This document shows positions 1 through 15,237 of a stretch of 64,000 nucleotides of DNA, piece by piece. Position numbers and translations under genes: made by a program. This stretch comes from Eledone cirrhosa. Its lineage: Eukaryota. The notes beneath the pieces were generated by a model, which had not been told where the DNA came from, did not search any database, and was given only the letters and a program-made list of their open reading frames with translations. Numbering within the stretch: the first letter of the stretch is position 1; every line of letters begins with the position of its first letter. Location: NCBI GenBank assembly GCA_964016885.1, contig OZ024741.1, forward strand, positions 166,222,001 through 166,286,000. Direction: 5' to 3'.

Positions 1-71
1 TCTATATCTCTTTCTCACTTTCTTTCTCTCATTCTCTCTATCCTTCTCTGGAATAAATCAACTGTACTCAG

Positions 72-165
72 TCCTGGAGAGGAGATGGGCTCCACCAAGT
101 TTTAAAAATGCTCTAGAAACGCCATATGACAATATGGCGCCCCTACGACTCCCTGAGGAGTTACG
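72..165. repeat. Interspersed repeat fragment, unclassified
   Basis: Reverse-complement similarity to 45751-45841 (GAGAGGAGATGGGCTCC..GTTTTAAAAATGC..CCCCTACG vs CGTAGGGG..GCATTTTAAAAC..GGAGCCCATCTCCTCTC). Confidence 0.6.
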
Positions 166-175
166 TGTCCATGCC

Positions 176-225
176 ATACCATACCATACCATACCATACC
201 ATACCATACCATACCATACCATACC
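176..225. repeat. (CCATA)n microsatellite
   Basis: About 10 direct pentamer copies. Confidence 0.95.
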
Positions 226-485
226 AATCGACTTTCTAAGACCCACCACAACAGACCCACCTAAAATTACTGACCTTGGGCTTAAAACAAATCAATATTA
301 TATTAGCTTGATCAGTCATTGATAGTTACACCAAAGTCTATCACCTACTGACCTTCTTCCTTAACTTTTACTGATATTAACACGCAGAAAATTAGAATGT
401 CCATTTCACTAGTTAACGGTAAACTTAACTTATAGTAAGATTTGAGAATCTGACCTTATAAACAAACAGAAAAGAACAAGACAGA

Positions 486-634
<149 letters not shown>

Positions 635-729
635 GAATTGAGAGCTGCGTGGTTGCACACGGGTTACATATGAATACGATTAGTCCTTCATCAGTGATTT
701 TCCAACTTTCATTGGTATTTCATCGCTTT

Positions 730-770
<41 letters not shown>

Positions 771-991
771 CATAGAAACACACATCCATACTCGCAATAC
801 AGGAACACCCCATTCAATCTACAACCACGAACCCGAACCACATTTTACAACAACAAGGAATATAACAAACACAGGAGACCACTTAACATCAGCAGACAAC
901 CCCTCTACCCCAACCATTTTTTAGACACAGCACACAGATACAGGCAAACAAAATAACACAAGCCAGAGAGAAGAAACCGAGAGAAATAAAA

Positions 992-3191
992 ATTATCAAT
1001 CTAACTAGTGCAGAACCAACACCCAACCTTATCAACTTACTCTCCAAAGGTCTTAAATTCCCACTGACCCCACTACGTCCTAACTACTATGAAATGAAGG
1101 AAGACAGCACAGACTTCTGTAGAAAGTTACGACTCAGTGAAGAACTATTCGACCAGTACAATGAGGATGAATCATTAGCTAGAAATAGAAGCAATTACAC
1201 CCCATCAAAAGGTAGAAATAAAATCCTGGACGAATTCTGTGAACACATCACAAACTTCCCTTACCAACATTTGCACAGACAAAAACACAAGCCAAACCTC
1301 AACAAGAAAGAATGGGAAGAATTAAATAGATTAAAAACCGACATAACCATTATAATTAAAGAGGCTGATAAAGGGAGTACAGTAGTCCTAATGGAGACAG
1401 AATTCTATATCAACTTAGCGCTCTCCACTACAATCAACAGAACATTATGAGAAACCTAAAAACTCTGATCAACCAATACAAAGAAGGACTCACTAACAAG
1501 GAATTCAGCTTCATCACAGACTTCACAAGTAAATCCAGACTTTTCTACGGTATCCCTAAAGTACATAAAAGCGAATTAATAAGTAAGGCATGCAAGGAAG
1601 CCACAGACATCGTCATCAATGTCCTCTCACCCAATGATCTCAAATTAAGACCTATAATAGCAGGCCCCGCTTGCGAAACCCACCGCCTTAGCAACTTCAT
1701 TGATACCCTTCTCAAGCCTTTTCTCAAACACATCAAAAGCTATATAATGGACGACCTAGATATGCTCAATCACCTCCCTAATATGCCCCTTTCTGAACAA
1801 ACCCTACTAGTGACGTTCGATGTAGTCAACCTATACTCCAACATCCCCCACAACCTAGGAATAGAAGCTATCCAATTCTGGCTGGATAATTTCCACAATG
1901 AACTCCCACAACGCATCAAAAAAGAATTCGTGATAGAGGGACTCAAATTTATCTTGGAGAACAATTACTTCGTTTTCAATAACAAACCCTACAGGCAGAA
2001 ATCTGGGACGACTATGGGAACGAAAACAGCCCCCACCTATGCCAACCTAGTCATGGGATACCTGGAAATCACTCTCTACACTAAAGTACTAAACAAATTT
2101 GGAAACACTCTCCACTTACACATAGAAAGGAACTGGAAGCGATATCTAGATGACTTCTTCATCCTTTGGCACGAAAACATCGAGAAACTTAAAGAATTTC
2201 ACACCCTTATAAATGGGCTCAACACGAATATCAACTTTACGATGGAATACAGCCATTAACAACTCCCCTTTCTCGACATCCTCATTAAGATTCATAACAA
2301 AAAAATAGAAACAGACATAGACTACAAGCCCACAGACTCCAAGCAATATCTTCCTTTCAACTCTTGCCACCCTAGACACGTTAAAATTAATATTCCCTAC
2401 AACTTAGCCAAGAGAATCTGTACTATAGTCTCCAATAAAAACACCTGTTACTTACGGCTACAAGAACTAAAGGACACACTCAGAGGCAGGGACTACCCTG
2501 CATCACTAATTGACAATGGAATCCAACGTGCCCTAAAACTCAGTACCCAGGACCTTAGACACCCTAAAGTAAATCAACCGAAACTAAAAGCTCTTCCATA
2601 CATCTCCACACACAATCCCCTAAAAAATGAGGCCTTTGACACCATCCTCCAGAACATCCCTGTGTTAAAAAAGGACCATAGAATGAACCAAATCCTACGA
2701 ACACACGATATCATAAAGAGCAAAAGACAATCTAAGTCAATGAAAAACATCCTAACACATGCCAAAGTACTGCCAACCACAACAACGAAACCCACAGTAA
2801 AAAAAAATGCGATAGACCTAACTGTGGCATATGCATCAACCTAATAGAGGGTTCGGAATTCTATTTCAAAGAAGGACAACGTTTTATAGTAAAACAAAAT
2901 TTCACATGCGCATCAGAAAATCTAATATATGTATTAAATTGCTCAGGTTGTCGAGAACAATACATAGACCAGACCAAAAACAGCCTCCGCTAACGCATGA
3001 CTGTTCATAGATCACAAATTAAAATACGGGAATACAGGAAAATACCACTGAGTGAACACATTGATACCTGTGCCGCCCAAAATCATCTCAACTTTAGAAT
3101 CTTTCCCCTCTACAAATTTAAAGATAATGCCACCCACACCCAGCGCATCAGCAAGGAATCTCACTTTATTAACAAATACGGACCCGTCTAA
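992..3191 (+). pseudogene. PLE reverse transcriptase + GIY-YIG endonuclease (frameshifts and stops)
   Basis: IINL..LLSKGLKF, ADKGS, FYGIPKVHK, LRPII, FDVVNLYSNIP, Q..GTTMG..AP.YANL.M, RYLDD, PFLD, Cys linker (KCDRPNCGIC), NLIYVLNCSGCREQYI.QT, R.TVHR..EH. The Cys-rich linker is typical of the Neptune group. Confidence 0.93.
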
Positions 3192-3850
3192 ACACTTCTC
3201 CCTAAGACGAACCCACAACATACACACGTCAACATACATACCTACATCAGCATACATCCTACATACATCTATATCCACATATAAACACAATGACTTACGT
3301 AAACACACATGTTATATGGTGCAACACCTTTTGATGTCTATAGATATAAACGTGCCGACACACACACATATACGCACACATGCATTGTACACTGATAGGC
3401 ATATAATATTTGTACACAAGTATTCCAATACGGCAGGGCCTAATGGATTCCCCTTGCAGTACGTACAATCTGGACACACTCATACACACCTTGGTGTTAT
3501 GACAATACTATATATCATTTCACACCTTTTATTATTAATGTTTTTGATGTTCTCTTGAGAGAATCGTTTTTGCTGAAAATATCGAATAATGTACACCATT
3601 TTTACCAGTATCACAAAAATTCTGGTCCCCCCCCCCCCACACACACACATATACACACACACACATATACACACACACATACACACGCGTACACTAACAT
3701 ACAAAGAGACATATATATACACACACACACATTTCCGTATAAGACAAGAGCTGAAAAATATCTTTCAACATGTTAAAATACCCCCCCCCCCCACACACAC
3801 ACGTACAGACACATTCCTACTGATGGATCCCTCTACCACGAATTACTCTG

Positions 3851-3916
<66 letters not shown>

Positions 3917-4320
3917 CACACACACATATATTTGTCTTAATGGGCACCTGAACTGTTGACCTTTCAACATGACTGCAATTCACACACACATCCCTACTGA
4001 CCATTATCACAACAATGAACCTCTTTACTACACACACACACACATATTTGTCTTAAAAGACTAATTTTTCAGTGACTTGTCAATCAGGCGAAAAAGGACA
4101 CTCTTCGACAAACCTACATTTGGCGCAAAATCAATTTTTAACATTCACGTGACCTCTACCGACCAATCAGAATTGTTTTGACCACAAGAATTTTTGGAAC
4201 ACGAATTGGCGCGAAACTTATTTTAATACCTCTGGAGCCACTTTTTTCACATAAAAACAGGTAGAATTTCCAAACCTAATCAGATTAGAGCAAACATCAC
4301 GGGCGCTCTATCTCAAAATT

Positions 4321-4359
4321 ATTTTTGAAAAGCATTAGAAATGCGCAACCGGTAAAAAC
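4321..4359 (+). ncRNA. Variant or degenerate type-I hammerhead in the putative pLTR
   Basis: UUGAAAA, GCAUU/AAUGC stem II, GCAAC-CG-GUA; weak stem I. Also at 22695-22733 and truncated near 27110. Confidence 0.4.
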
Positions 4360-4478
4360 TTAAAACTGAAACTGAATACTAACCAATACTTATTACTAAT
4401 TTTTACTTATTCCTAATTAAACTATTTTTCACTGGGAACAATTTGTCAGCATTTTCTTTTCCTGTTACCAATATATGT

Positions 4479-5020
4479 CTAAGGCGGGTAAAATTCCCGA
4501 GATCCATGGACGAGTTCTCTCCAGCGGTCTCTGTCCCTCATTATCGCTGCCATGTCCTGCATCTCCAACAGACCAGTGTCTGTCCTTAGGGCATCAACAT
4601 ACGTTAACCTTGGTCTTCCACTTCTAGTGTGTCCATGTATGGGCTCCCAAAGGAGCACTGAGTGCAATGCCAACACTGGATGTCGGTGAGCATGTCCAGC
4701 TAACCTCAGTCTCCTCTGTGTCACTTTTGAGCTGACATTTGGGAGGCTCCCATACAACTCTGAGTTTTTCATCCTCAGTGTATACTGATTAATGTTCAGA
4801 GCCATCCTCAGCATTCTCGTGTAGCACCCATCCTCCATCTGAGTGAGTTTCTTGGTCAGTGTCCAAGTCTCCGACCTGTACAGCTACACAGACTCCGCTA
4901 CAGGAATGAAGAGGCGGATTTTCAGGTCTCTACGAAGATCCGACTTCCACACCGATCTCAAGCTGTGGCACGCCGCCCAGGCCTTGCTCTTCCTCTCAAC
5001 CACATCATCTTCCGTATTCC
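4479..5020 (-). mobile_element. RTE-clade LINE 3' fragment
   Basis: DGCYTRMLRMALN, RRLRLAGH..RHP, LLWEP.HG..GRPRLTYVD.L..DTGL. Confidence 0.85.
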
Positions 5021-5201
5021 CAATCTCTCTCTCTATATATATATATTACAAGTGGAAGCTTAGTAAAATCGAAACTTTGGCTGCGGCCAAGCAAAGCTTT
5101 TGGCTGGTAAATTGAAAGTGTTAACAAAGGAAATAATATTTCCGCTCAACATTCCGAATAAAATCTTTCAACGAGATGTTATTAAACAAACACATATATG
5201 A

Positions 5202-5297
<96 letters not shown>

Positions 5298-5336
5298 AAT
5301 ATATGTATATATATATATATATATATTTACACACAC

Positions 5337-5416
<80 letters not shown>

Positions 5417-5518
5417 TGATTAACAAAAAACAAACAACTAGATGTTAATGTAGTTAAAGTGGTCATGCTTGAAATGTTGCAGCCTAGAAACAATATTATA
5501 TTTACTTAACAAAAGTCT

Positions 5519-8500
5519 TATCCAACTTGCTGTACTACCAATGACAGCTAGTCAACTTGATGTACTACCAATGACAACCAACCACCATGCTGTACTAACA
5601 ATGACAACTAGTCAACTTGGTGTACTACCAATGACAACTAGTCAACTTGCTGTACTACCAATGACAACTAGTCAACTTGCTGTACTACCAATGACAAGTA
5701 GTCAACTTGGTGTACTACCAATAACAACTATCCAACTTGGTGTACTACCAATGACAACTAGTCAACTTGCTGTACTACCAATGACAACTAGTCAACTTGC
5801 TGTACTACCAATGACAACTATCCAACTTGCTGTACTACCAATGACAAGTAGTCAACTTGGTGTACTACCAATGACAACTATCCAACTTGGTGTACTACCA
5901 ATGACAACTAGTCAACTTGGTGTACTACCAATGACAACTAGTCAACTTGGTGTACTACCAATGACAACTAGTCAACTTGCTGTGCTACCAATGATAACTA
6001 GTCAACTTGCTTTACTACCAATGACAGCTAGTCAACTTGGTGTACTGCCAATGATAACTAGTCAACTTGCTGTACTGCCAATGACAACTAGTCAATTTGG
6101 TGTAATACCAATGACAACTAGTCAACTTGCTGTACTACCAATGACAACTAGTCAATTTGGTGTACTACCAATGACAACTATCCAACTTGCTGTACTACCA
6201 ATGACAACTAGTCAATTTGGTGTACTACCAATGACAACTATCCAACTTGCTGTACTACCAATGATAACTAGCCAACTTGCTGTACTACCAATGACAACTA
6301 TCCAACTTGCTGTACTACCAATGATAACTAGTCAACTTGCTTTACTACCAATGATAACTAGTCAACTTGCTGTACTACCAATGACAACCAACCACCATGC
6401 TGTACTACCAATGACAACTATCCAACTTGGTGTACTACCAATGATAACTAGTCAACTTGCTGTACTACCAATGACAACTATCCAACTTGGTGTACTACCA
6501 ATGACAACTAGTCAACTTGCTGTACTACCAATGACAACCAACCACCATGCTGTACTACCACTGACAACCAACCACCATGCTGTACTACCAATGACAACTA
6601 TCCAACTTGGTGTACTACCAATGACAACTAGTCAACTTGCTGTACAACTATCGAACTTGGTGTACTACCAATGACAACTATCCAACTTACTGTACTACCA
6701 ATGACAACTAGTTAACTTGGTGTACTACCAATGACAACCAACCACCATGCTGTACTACCAATGACAACTATCCAACTTGCTGCACTACCAATGACAACTA
6801 TCCAACTTGGTGTACTACCAATGACAACCAACCACCATGCTATACTACCAATGACAACTATCCAACTTGCTGTACTACCAATGACAACTGGTCAACTTGC
6901 TGTACTACCAATGACAACCAACCACCATGCTGTACTACCAATGACAACTATCCAACTTGCTGCACTACCAATGACAACTATCCAACTTGGTGTACTACCA
7001 ATGACAACCAACCACCATGCTATACTACCAATGACAACTATCCAACTTGCTGTACTACCAATGACAACTGGTCAACTTGCTGTACTACCAATGACAACTA
7101 GTCAACTTGCTGTACTACCAATGATAACTATCCAACTTGCTGTACTACCAATGACAACTAGACAACTTGGTGTACTACCAATGACAACTAGTCAACTTGA
7201 TGTACTACCAATGACAACTAGTCAACTTGGTGTAATACTAATGAGAACTAGTCAACTTGGTGTACTACCAATGACAACTATCCAAATTGCTTTACTACCA
7301 ATGACAACTAGTCAACTTGGTGTACTACCAATGAAAACTAGTCAACTTGGTGTACTACCAATGACAACCAACCACCATGCTGTACTACCAATGACAACTA
7401 GTCAACTTGCTGTACTACCAATGACAACTATCCAACTTGCTGTACTACCAATGACAACTAGTCAACTTGCTGTATTACCAATGACAACTATCCAACATGC
7501 TGTACTACCAATGACAACTAGTCAACTTGCTGTACTACCAATGACAACTAGTCAACTTGGTGTACTACCAATGACAACTATCCAAATTGCTTTACTACCA
7601 ATGACAACTAGTCAACTTGGTGTACTACCAATGACAACTATCCAAATTGCTGTACTACCAATGACAACTAGTCAACTTGCTGTACTACCAATGACAACTA
7701 GTCAACTTGCTGCTCTACCAATGACAACTAGTCAACTTGCTGTATTACCAATGACAACTATCCAACTTGGTGTACTACCAATGACAACTAGTCAACTTGG
7801 TGTACTACCAATGAGAACTAGTCAACTTGGTGTACTACCAATGACAACCAACCACCATGCTGTACTACCAATGACAACTATCCAACTTGCTGTACTACCA
7901 ATGACAACTATGCCACTTGGTGTACTACCAATGACAACTAGTCAACTTGGTGTACTACCAATGACAACTATCCAACTTGGTGTACTACCAATGACAACTA
8001 TCCAACTTGGTGTACTACCAATGAGAACTAGTCAACTTGCTGTACTACCAATGACAACTAGTCAATTTGCTGTACTACAAATGACAACTAGTCAATTTTG
8101 CCGTAATACCAATGACAACTATCCAACTTGGTGTACTACCAATGACAACTAGTCAACTTGGTGTAATACCAATGACAACTAGTCAACTTGGTGTAATACC
8201 AATGACAACTAGTCAACTTGGTGTACTACCAATGATAACTAGTCAACTTGCTTTACTACCAATGATAACTAGTCAACTTGCTGTACTACCAATGACAACC
8301 AACCACCATGCTGTACTACCAATGACAACTATCCAACTTGGTGTACTACCAATGATAACTAGTCAACTTGCTGTACTACCAATGACAACTATCCAACTTG
8401 GTGTACTACCAATGACAACTAGTCAACTTGCTGTACTACCAATGACAACCAACCACCATGCTGTACTACCACTGACAACCAACCACCATGCTGTACTACC

Positions 8501-11500
8501 AATGACAACTATCCAACTTGGTGTACTACCAATGACAACTAGTCAACTTGCTGTACAACTATCGAACTTGGTGTACTACCAATGACAACTATCCAACTTA
8601 CTGTACTACCAATGACAACTAGTTAACTTGGTGTACTACCAATGACAACCAACCACCATGCTGTACTACCAATGACAACTATCCAACTTGCTGCACTACC
8701 AATGACAACTATCCAACTTGGTGTACTACCAATGACAACCAACCACCATGCTATACTACCAATGACAACTATCCAACTTGCTGTACTACCAATGACAACT
8801 GGTCAACTTGCTGTACTACCAATGACAACCAACCACCATGCTGTACTACCAATGACAACTATCCAACTTGCTGCACTACCAATGACAACTATCCAACTTG
8901 GTGTACTACCAATGACAACCAACCACCATGCTATACTACCAATGACAACTATCCAACTTGCTGTACTACCAATGACAACTGGTCAACTTGCTGTACTACC
9001 AATGACAACTAGTCAACTTGCTGTACTACCAATGATAACTATCCAACTTGCTGTACTACCAATGACAACTAGACAACTTGGTGTACTACCAATGACAACT
9101 AGTCAACTTGATGTACTACCAATGACAACTAGTCAACTTGGTGTAATACTAATGAGAACTAGTCAACTTGGTGTACTACCAATGACAACTATCCAAATTG
9201 CTTTACTACCAATGACAACTAGTCAACTTGGTGTACTACCAATGAAAACTAGTCAACTTGGTGTACTACCAATGACAACCAACCACCATGCTGTACTACC
9301 AATGACAACTAGTCAACTTGCTGTACTACCAATGACAACTATCCAACTTGCTGTACTACCAATGACAACTAGTCAACTTGCTGTATTACCAATGACAACT
9401 ATCCAACATGCTGTACTACCAATGACAACTAGTCAACTTGCTGTACTACCAATGACAACTAGTCAACTTGGTGTACTACCAATGACAACTATCCAAATTG
9501 CTTTACTACCAATGACAACTAGTCAACTTGGTGTACTACCAATGACAACTATCCAAATTGCTGTACTACCAATGACAACTAGTCAACTTGCTGTACTACC
9601 AATGACAACTAGTCAACTTGCTGCTCTACCAATGACAACTAGTCAACTTGCTGTATTACCAATGACAACTATCCAACTTGGTGTACTACCAATGACAACT
9701 AGTCAACTTGGTGTACTACCAATGAGAACTAGTCAACTTGGTGTACTACCAATGACAACCAACCACCATGCTGTACTACCAATGACAACTATCCAACTTG
9801 CTGTACTACCAATGACAACTATGCCACTTGGTGTACTACCAATGACAACTAGTCAACTTGGTGTACTACCAATGACAACTATCCAACTTGGTGTACTACC
9901 AATGACAACTATCCAACTTGGTGTACTACCAATGAGAACTAGTCAACTTGCTGTACTACCAATGACAACTAGTCAATTTGCTGTACTACAAATGACAACT
10001 AGTCAATTTTGCCGTAATACCAATGACAACTATCCAACTTGGTGTACTACCAATGACAACTAGTCAACTTGGTGTAATACCAATGACAACTAGTCAACTT
10101 GGTGTAATACCAATGACAACTAGTCAACTTGGTGTACTACCAATGACAACTAGTCAACTTGGTGTAATACCAATGACAGCTAGTCAACTTGATGTACTAC
10201 CAATGACAACCAACCACCATGCTGTACTACCAATGACAACTATCCAACTTGCTGTACTACCAATGATAACTAGCCAACTTGCTGTACTACCAATGACAAC
10301 TATCCAACTTGCTGTACTACCAATGATAACTAGTCAACTTGCTTTACTACCAATGATAACTAGTCAACTTGCTGTACTACCAATGACAACCAACCACCAT
10401 GCTGTACTACCAATGACAACTATCCAACTTGGTGTACTACCAATGATAACTAGTCAACTTGCTGTACTACCAATGACAACTATCCAACTTGGTGTACTAC
10501 CAATGACAACTAGTCAACTTGCTGTACTACCAATGACAACCAACCACCATGCTGTACTACCACTGACAACCAACCACCATGCTGTACTACCAATGACAAC
10601 TATCCAACTTGGTGTACTACCAATGACAACTAGTCAACTTGCTGTACAACTATCGAACTTGGTGTACTACCAATGACAACTATCCAACTTACTGTACTAC
10701 CAATGACAACTAGTTAACTTGGTGTACTACCAATGACAACCAACCACCATGCTGTACTACCAATGACAACTATCCAACTTGCTGCACTACCAATGACAAC
10801 TATCCAACTTGGTGTACTACCAATGACAACCAACCACCATGCTATACTACCAATGACAACTATCCAACTTGCTGTACTACCAATGACAACTGGTCAACTT
10901 GCTGTACTACCAATGACAACCAACCACCATGCTGTACTACCAATGACAACTATCCAACTTGCTGCACTACCAATGACAACTATCCAACTTGGTGTACTAC
11001 CAATGACAACCAACCACCATGCTATACTACCAATGACAACTATCCAACTTGCTGTACTACCAATGACAACTGGTCAACTTGCTGTACTACCAATGACAAC
11101 TAGTCAACTTGCTGTACTACCAATGATAACTATCCAACTTGCTGTACTACCAATGACAACTAGACAACTTGGTGTACTACCAATGACAACTAGTCAACTT
11201 GATGTACTACCAATGACAACTAGTCAACTTGGTGTAATACTAATGAGAACTAGTCAACTTGGTGTACTACCAATGACAACTATCCAAATTGCTTTACTAC
11301 CAATGACAACTAGTCAACTTGGTGTACTACCAATGAAAGCTAGTCAACTTGGTGTACTACCAATGACAACCAACCACCATGCTGTACTACCAATGACAAC
11401 TAGTCAACTTGCTGTACTACCAATGACAACTATCCAACTTGCTGTACTACCAATGACAACTAGTCAACTTGCTGTATTACCAATGACAACTATCCAACAT

Positions 11501-14500
11501 GCTGTACTACCAATGACAACTAGTCAACTTGCTGTACTACCAATGACAACTAGTCAACTTGGTGTACTACCAATGACAACTATCCAAATTGCTTTACTAC
11601 CAATGACAACTAGTCAACTTGGTGTACTACCAATGACAACTATCCAAATTGCTGTACTACCAATGACAACTAGTCAACTTGCTGTACTACCAATGACAAC
11701 TAGTCAACTTGCTGCTCTACCAATGACAACTAGTCAACTTGCTGTATTACCAATGACAACTATCCAACTTGGTGTACTACCAATGACAACTAGTCAACTT
11801 GGTGTACTACCAATGAGAACTAGTCAACTTGGTGTACTACCAATGACAACTATCCAACTTGGTGTACTACCAATGAGAACTAGTCAACTTGCTGTACTAC
11901 CAATGACAACTAGTCAATTTGCTGTACTACAAATGACAACTAGTCAATTTTGCCGTACTACCAATGACAACTATCCAACTTGGTGTACTACCAATGACAA
12001 CTAGTCAACTTGGTGTAATACCAATGACAACTAGTCAACTTGTTGTAATACCAATGACAACTAGTCAACTTGGTGTACTACCAATGACAACTAGTCAACT
12101 TGGTGTAATACCAATGACAGCTAGTCAACTTGATGTACTACCAATGACAACCAACCACCATGCTGTACTACCAATGACAACGACAACTAGTCAACTTGCT
12201 GTACTACCAATGACAACTAACCACCATGCTGTACTACCAATGACAACTATCCAACTTGGTGTACTACCAATGACAACTATCCAACTTGCTGTACTACCAA
12301 TAACAACTATGCGACTTGGTGTACTACCAATGACAACTAGTCAACTTGCTGTACTACCAATGACAACTAGTCAACTTGCTGCTCTACCAATGACAACTAG
12401 TCAACTTGCTGTATTACCAATGACAACTATCCAACTTGGTGTACTACCAATGACAACTAGTCAACTTGGTGTACTACCAATGAGAACTAGTCAACTTGGT
12501 GTACTACCAATGACAACCAACCACCATGCTGTACTACCAATGACAACTATCCAACTTGCTGTACTACCAATGACAACTAGTCAACTTGCTGTACTACCAA
12601 TGACAACTATGCCACTTGGTGTACTACCAATGACAACTATGCCACTTGGTGTACTACCAATGACAACTAGGCAACTTGGTGTACTGCCAATGACAACTAT
12701 CCAACTTGGTGTACTACCAATGACAACTATCCAACTTGGTGTACTACCAATGAGAACTAGTCAACTTGCTGTACTACCAATGACAACTAGTCAATTTGCT
12801 GTACTACAAATGACAACTAGTCAATTTGCTGTACTACCAATGACAACTATCCAACTTGGTGTACTACCAATGACAACTAGTCAACTTGGTGTAATACCAA
12901 TGACAACTAGTCAACTTGGTGTAATACCAATGACAACTAGTCAACTTGGTGTACTACCAATGACAACTAGTCAACTTGGTGTAATACCAATGACAGCTAG
13001 TCAACTTGATGTACTAGCAATGTCAACCAACCACCATGCTGTACTACCAATGACAACTAGTCAACTTGGTGTAATACCAATGACAACTAGTCAACTTGGT
13101 GTACTACCAATGACAACTAGTCAACTTGGTGTAATACCAATGACAGCTAGTCAACTTGATGTACTACCAATGACAACCAACCACCATGCTGTACTACCAA
13201 TGACAACGACAACTAGTCAACTTGCTGTACTACCAATGACAACTAACCACCATGCTGTACTACCAATGACAACTATCCAACTTGGTGTACTACCAATGAC
13301 AACTATCCAACTTGCTGTACTACCAATAACAACTATGCGACTTGGTGTACTACCAATGACAACTAGTCAACTTGCTGTACTACCAATGACAACTAGTCAA
13401 CTTGCTGCTCTACCAATGACAACTAGTCAACTTGCTGTATTACCAATGACAACTATCCAACTTGGTGTACTACCAATGACAACTAGTCAACTTGGTGTAC
13501 TACCAATGAGAACTAGTCAACTTGGTGTACTACCAATGACAACCAACCACCATGCTGTACTACCAATGACAACTATCCAACTTGCTGTACTACCAATGAC
13601 AACTAGTCAACTTGCTGTACTACCAATGACAACTATGCCACTTGGTGTACTACCAATGACAACTATGCCACTTGGTGTACTACCAATGACAACTAGGCAA
13701 CTTGGTGTACTGCCAATGACAACTATCCAACTTGGTGTACTACCAATGACAACTATCCAACTTGGTGTACTACCAATGAGAACTAGTCAACTTGCTGTAC
13801 TACCAATGACAACTAGTCAATTTGCTGTACTACAAATGACAACTAGTCAATTTGCTGTACTACCAATGACAACTATCCAACTTGGTGTACTACCAATGAC
13901 AACTAGTCAACTTGGTGTAATACCAATGACAACTAGTCAACTTGGTGTAATACCAATGACAACTAGTCAACTTGGTGTACTACCAATGACAACTAGTCAA
14001 CTTGGTGTAATACCAATGACAGCTAGTCAACTTGATGTACTAGCAATGTCAACCAACCACCATGCTGTACTACCAATGACAACTAGTCAACTTGCTGTAC
14101 TACCAATGACAACTAACCACCATGCTGTACTACCAATGACAACTATCCAACTTGGTGTACTACCAATGACAACTATCCAACTTGCTGTACTACCAATAAC
14201 AACTATGCCACTTGGTGTACTACCAATGACAACTAGTCAACTTGGTGTAATACCAATGACAACTAGTCAACTTGGTGTACTACCAATGACAACTAGTCAA
14301 CTTGGTGTAATACCAATGACAGCTAGTCAACTTGATGTACTAGCAATGTCAACCAACCACCATGCTGTACTACCAATGACAAGTAGTCAACTTTCTGTAC
14401 TACCAATGACAACTAACCACCATGCTGTACTTCCAATGACAACTATCCAACTTGTTGTACTACCAATGACAACTATCCAACTTTCTGTACTACCAATAAC

Positions 14501-14960
14501 AACTATGCCACTTGGTGTATTACCAATGACAACTAGTCAACTTGCTTTACTCCCAATGACGGTTAGTCAACTTGCTTTTCTATTAATGACAACTAGTCAA
14601 CTTACTATACTACCAATGACGGCCAGTCAACTTGATGTATTACCAATGACATTGTACTACCAATGACAGTTACTCAACTTGTAATTTTAATCACAAATAG
14701 CTACATTGTTGAAGTTTCAATCACAGCTCGTCAACTTGCTATGATAGCAATCACTAGTCAACTTGCTATGATAGCAATCACTAGTCAACTTGCTATGATA
14801 GCAATCACTAGTCAACTTGCTATAATACTAATCACAGTTAATCAACTTACTGTAGCGCCAATCTCTGCTAGCGCCAATCACTTCTGTTCTACCAATCATA
14901 ATTAGAGAACTTGTTATAATACCAATCACAGCTAGTCATCTTTCTCTGATAACAATCTAT
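5519..14960 (+). repeat. 30-bp minisatellite array (consensus ATGACAACTAGTCAACTTGCTGTACTACCA), about 300 units, with higher-order repeats
   Basis: Strict 30-nt periodicity. Variant patterns recur at spacings 1911, 2091 and 1026 nt. Decays to 27-30-nt diverged units after ~14640. Confidence 0.98.
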
Positions 14961-15020
14961 CACCAAATGGCTGAAGTTTATACGTCATGTGTTATTTGAC
15001 TTTCAATGGCAGAACTAATG

Positions 15021-15237
15021 GTTTCTGATTTAGGCACAAGGACAACCATTTTGGGGGAAGGGAAAGCCGATTAAATCGACCCCAGTGCAGAACTGGTGCT
15101 TTATTTTATCGACCTCTTAAGGATGAAAGGCAAATCTAACCTAGACGGGATTTGAACTCAGAATGTAAAGGGCCGTAAGTCTATTCTGCAAAGCATGGTC
15201 TCCGACGCTCTACCGATTCTGCTAATCCATCGCCCTT
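15021..15237 (-). mobile_element. tRNA-derived SINE family A
   Basis: Reverse complement of the GAGTTCAAATCCC B-box plus GCCTTTCATCCTT..GGTCGATAAAATAAAG.ACCAG core. Confidence 0.85.

Larger units (their letters stand above)
950..4476 (+). mobile_element. Penelope-like element (Neptune-type), decayed, with probable 3' pLTR at ~4081-4476
   Basis: Interrupted RT-GIY-YIG ORF followed by a microsatellite-rich 3' region and a terminal block that recurs at 22522-22848 and 26872-27138. Assigning that block as this element's pLTR is inference. Confidence 0.8.

Noticed and set aside
5519-14660. CRISPR array
   Set aside because: Repeats are contiguous with no unique spacers, no cas genes are present, and the context is eukaryotic.
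5469-14666. Long MTTSQLAVLP ORFs as a mucin-like gene
   Set aside because: Recurrent frameshifts and stops, variants largely amino-acid changing, and no signal peptide or unique domain; an ORF is expected from a stop-free 30-mer.
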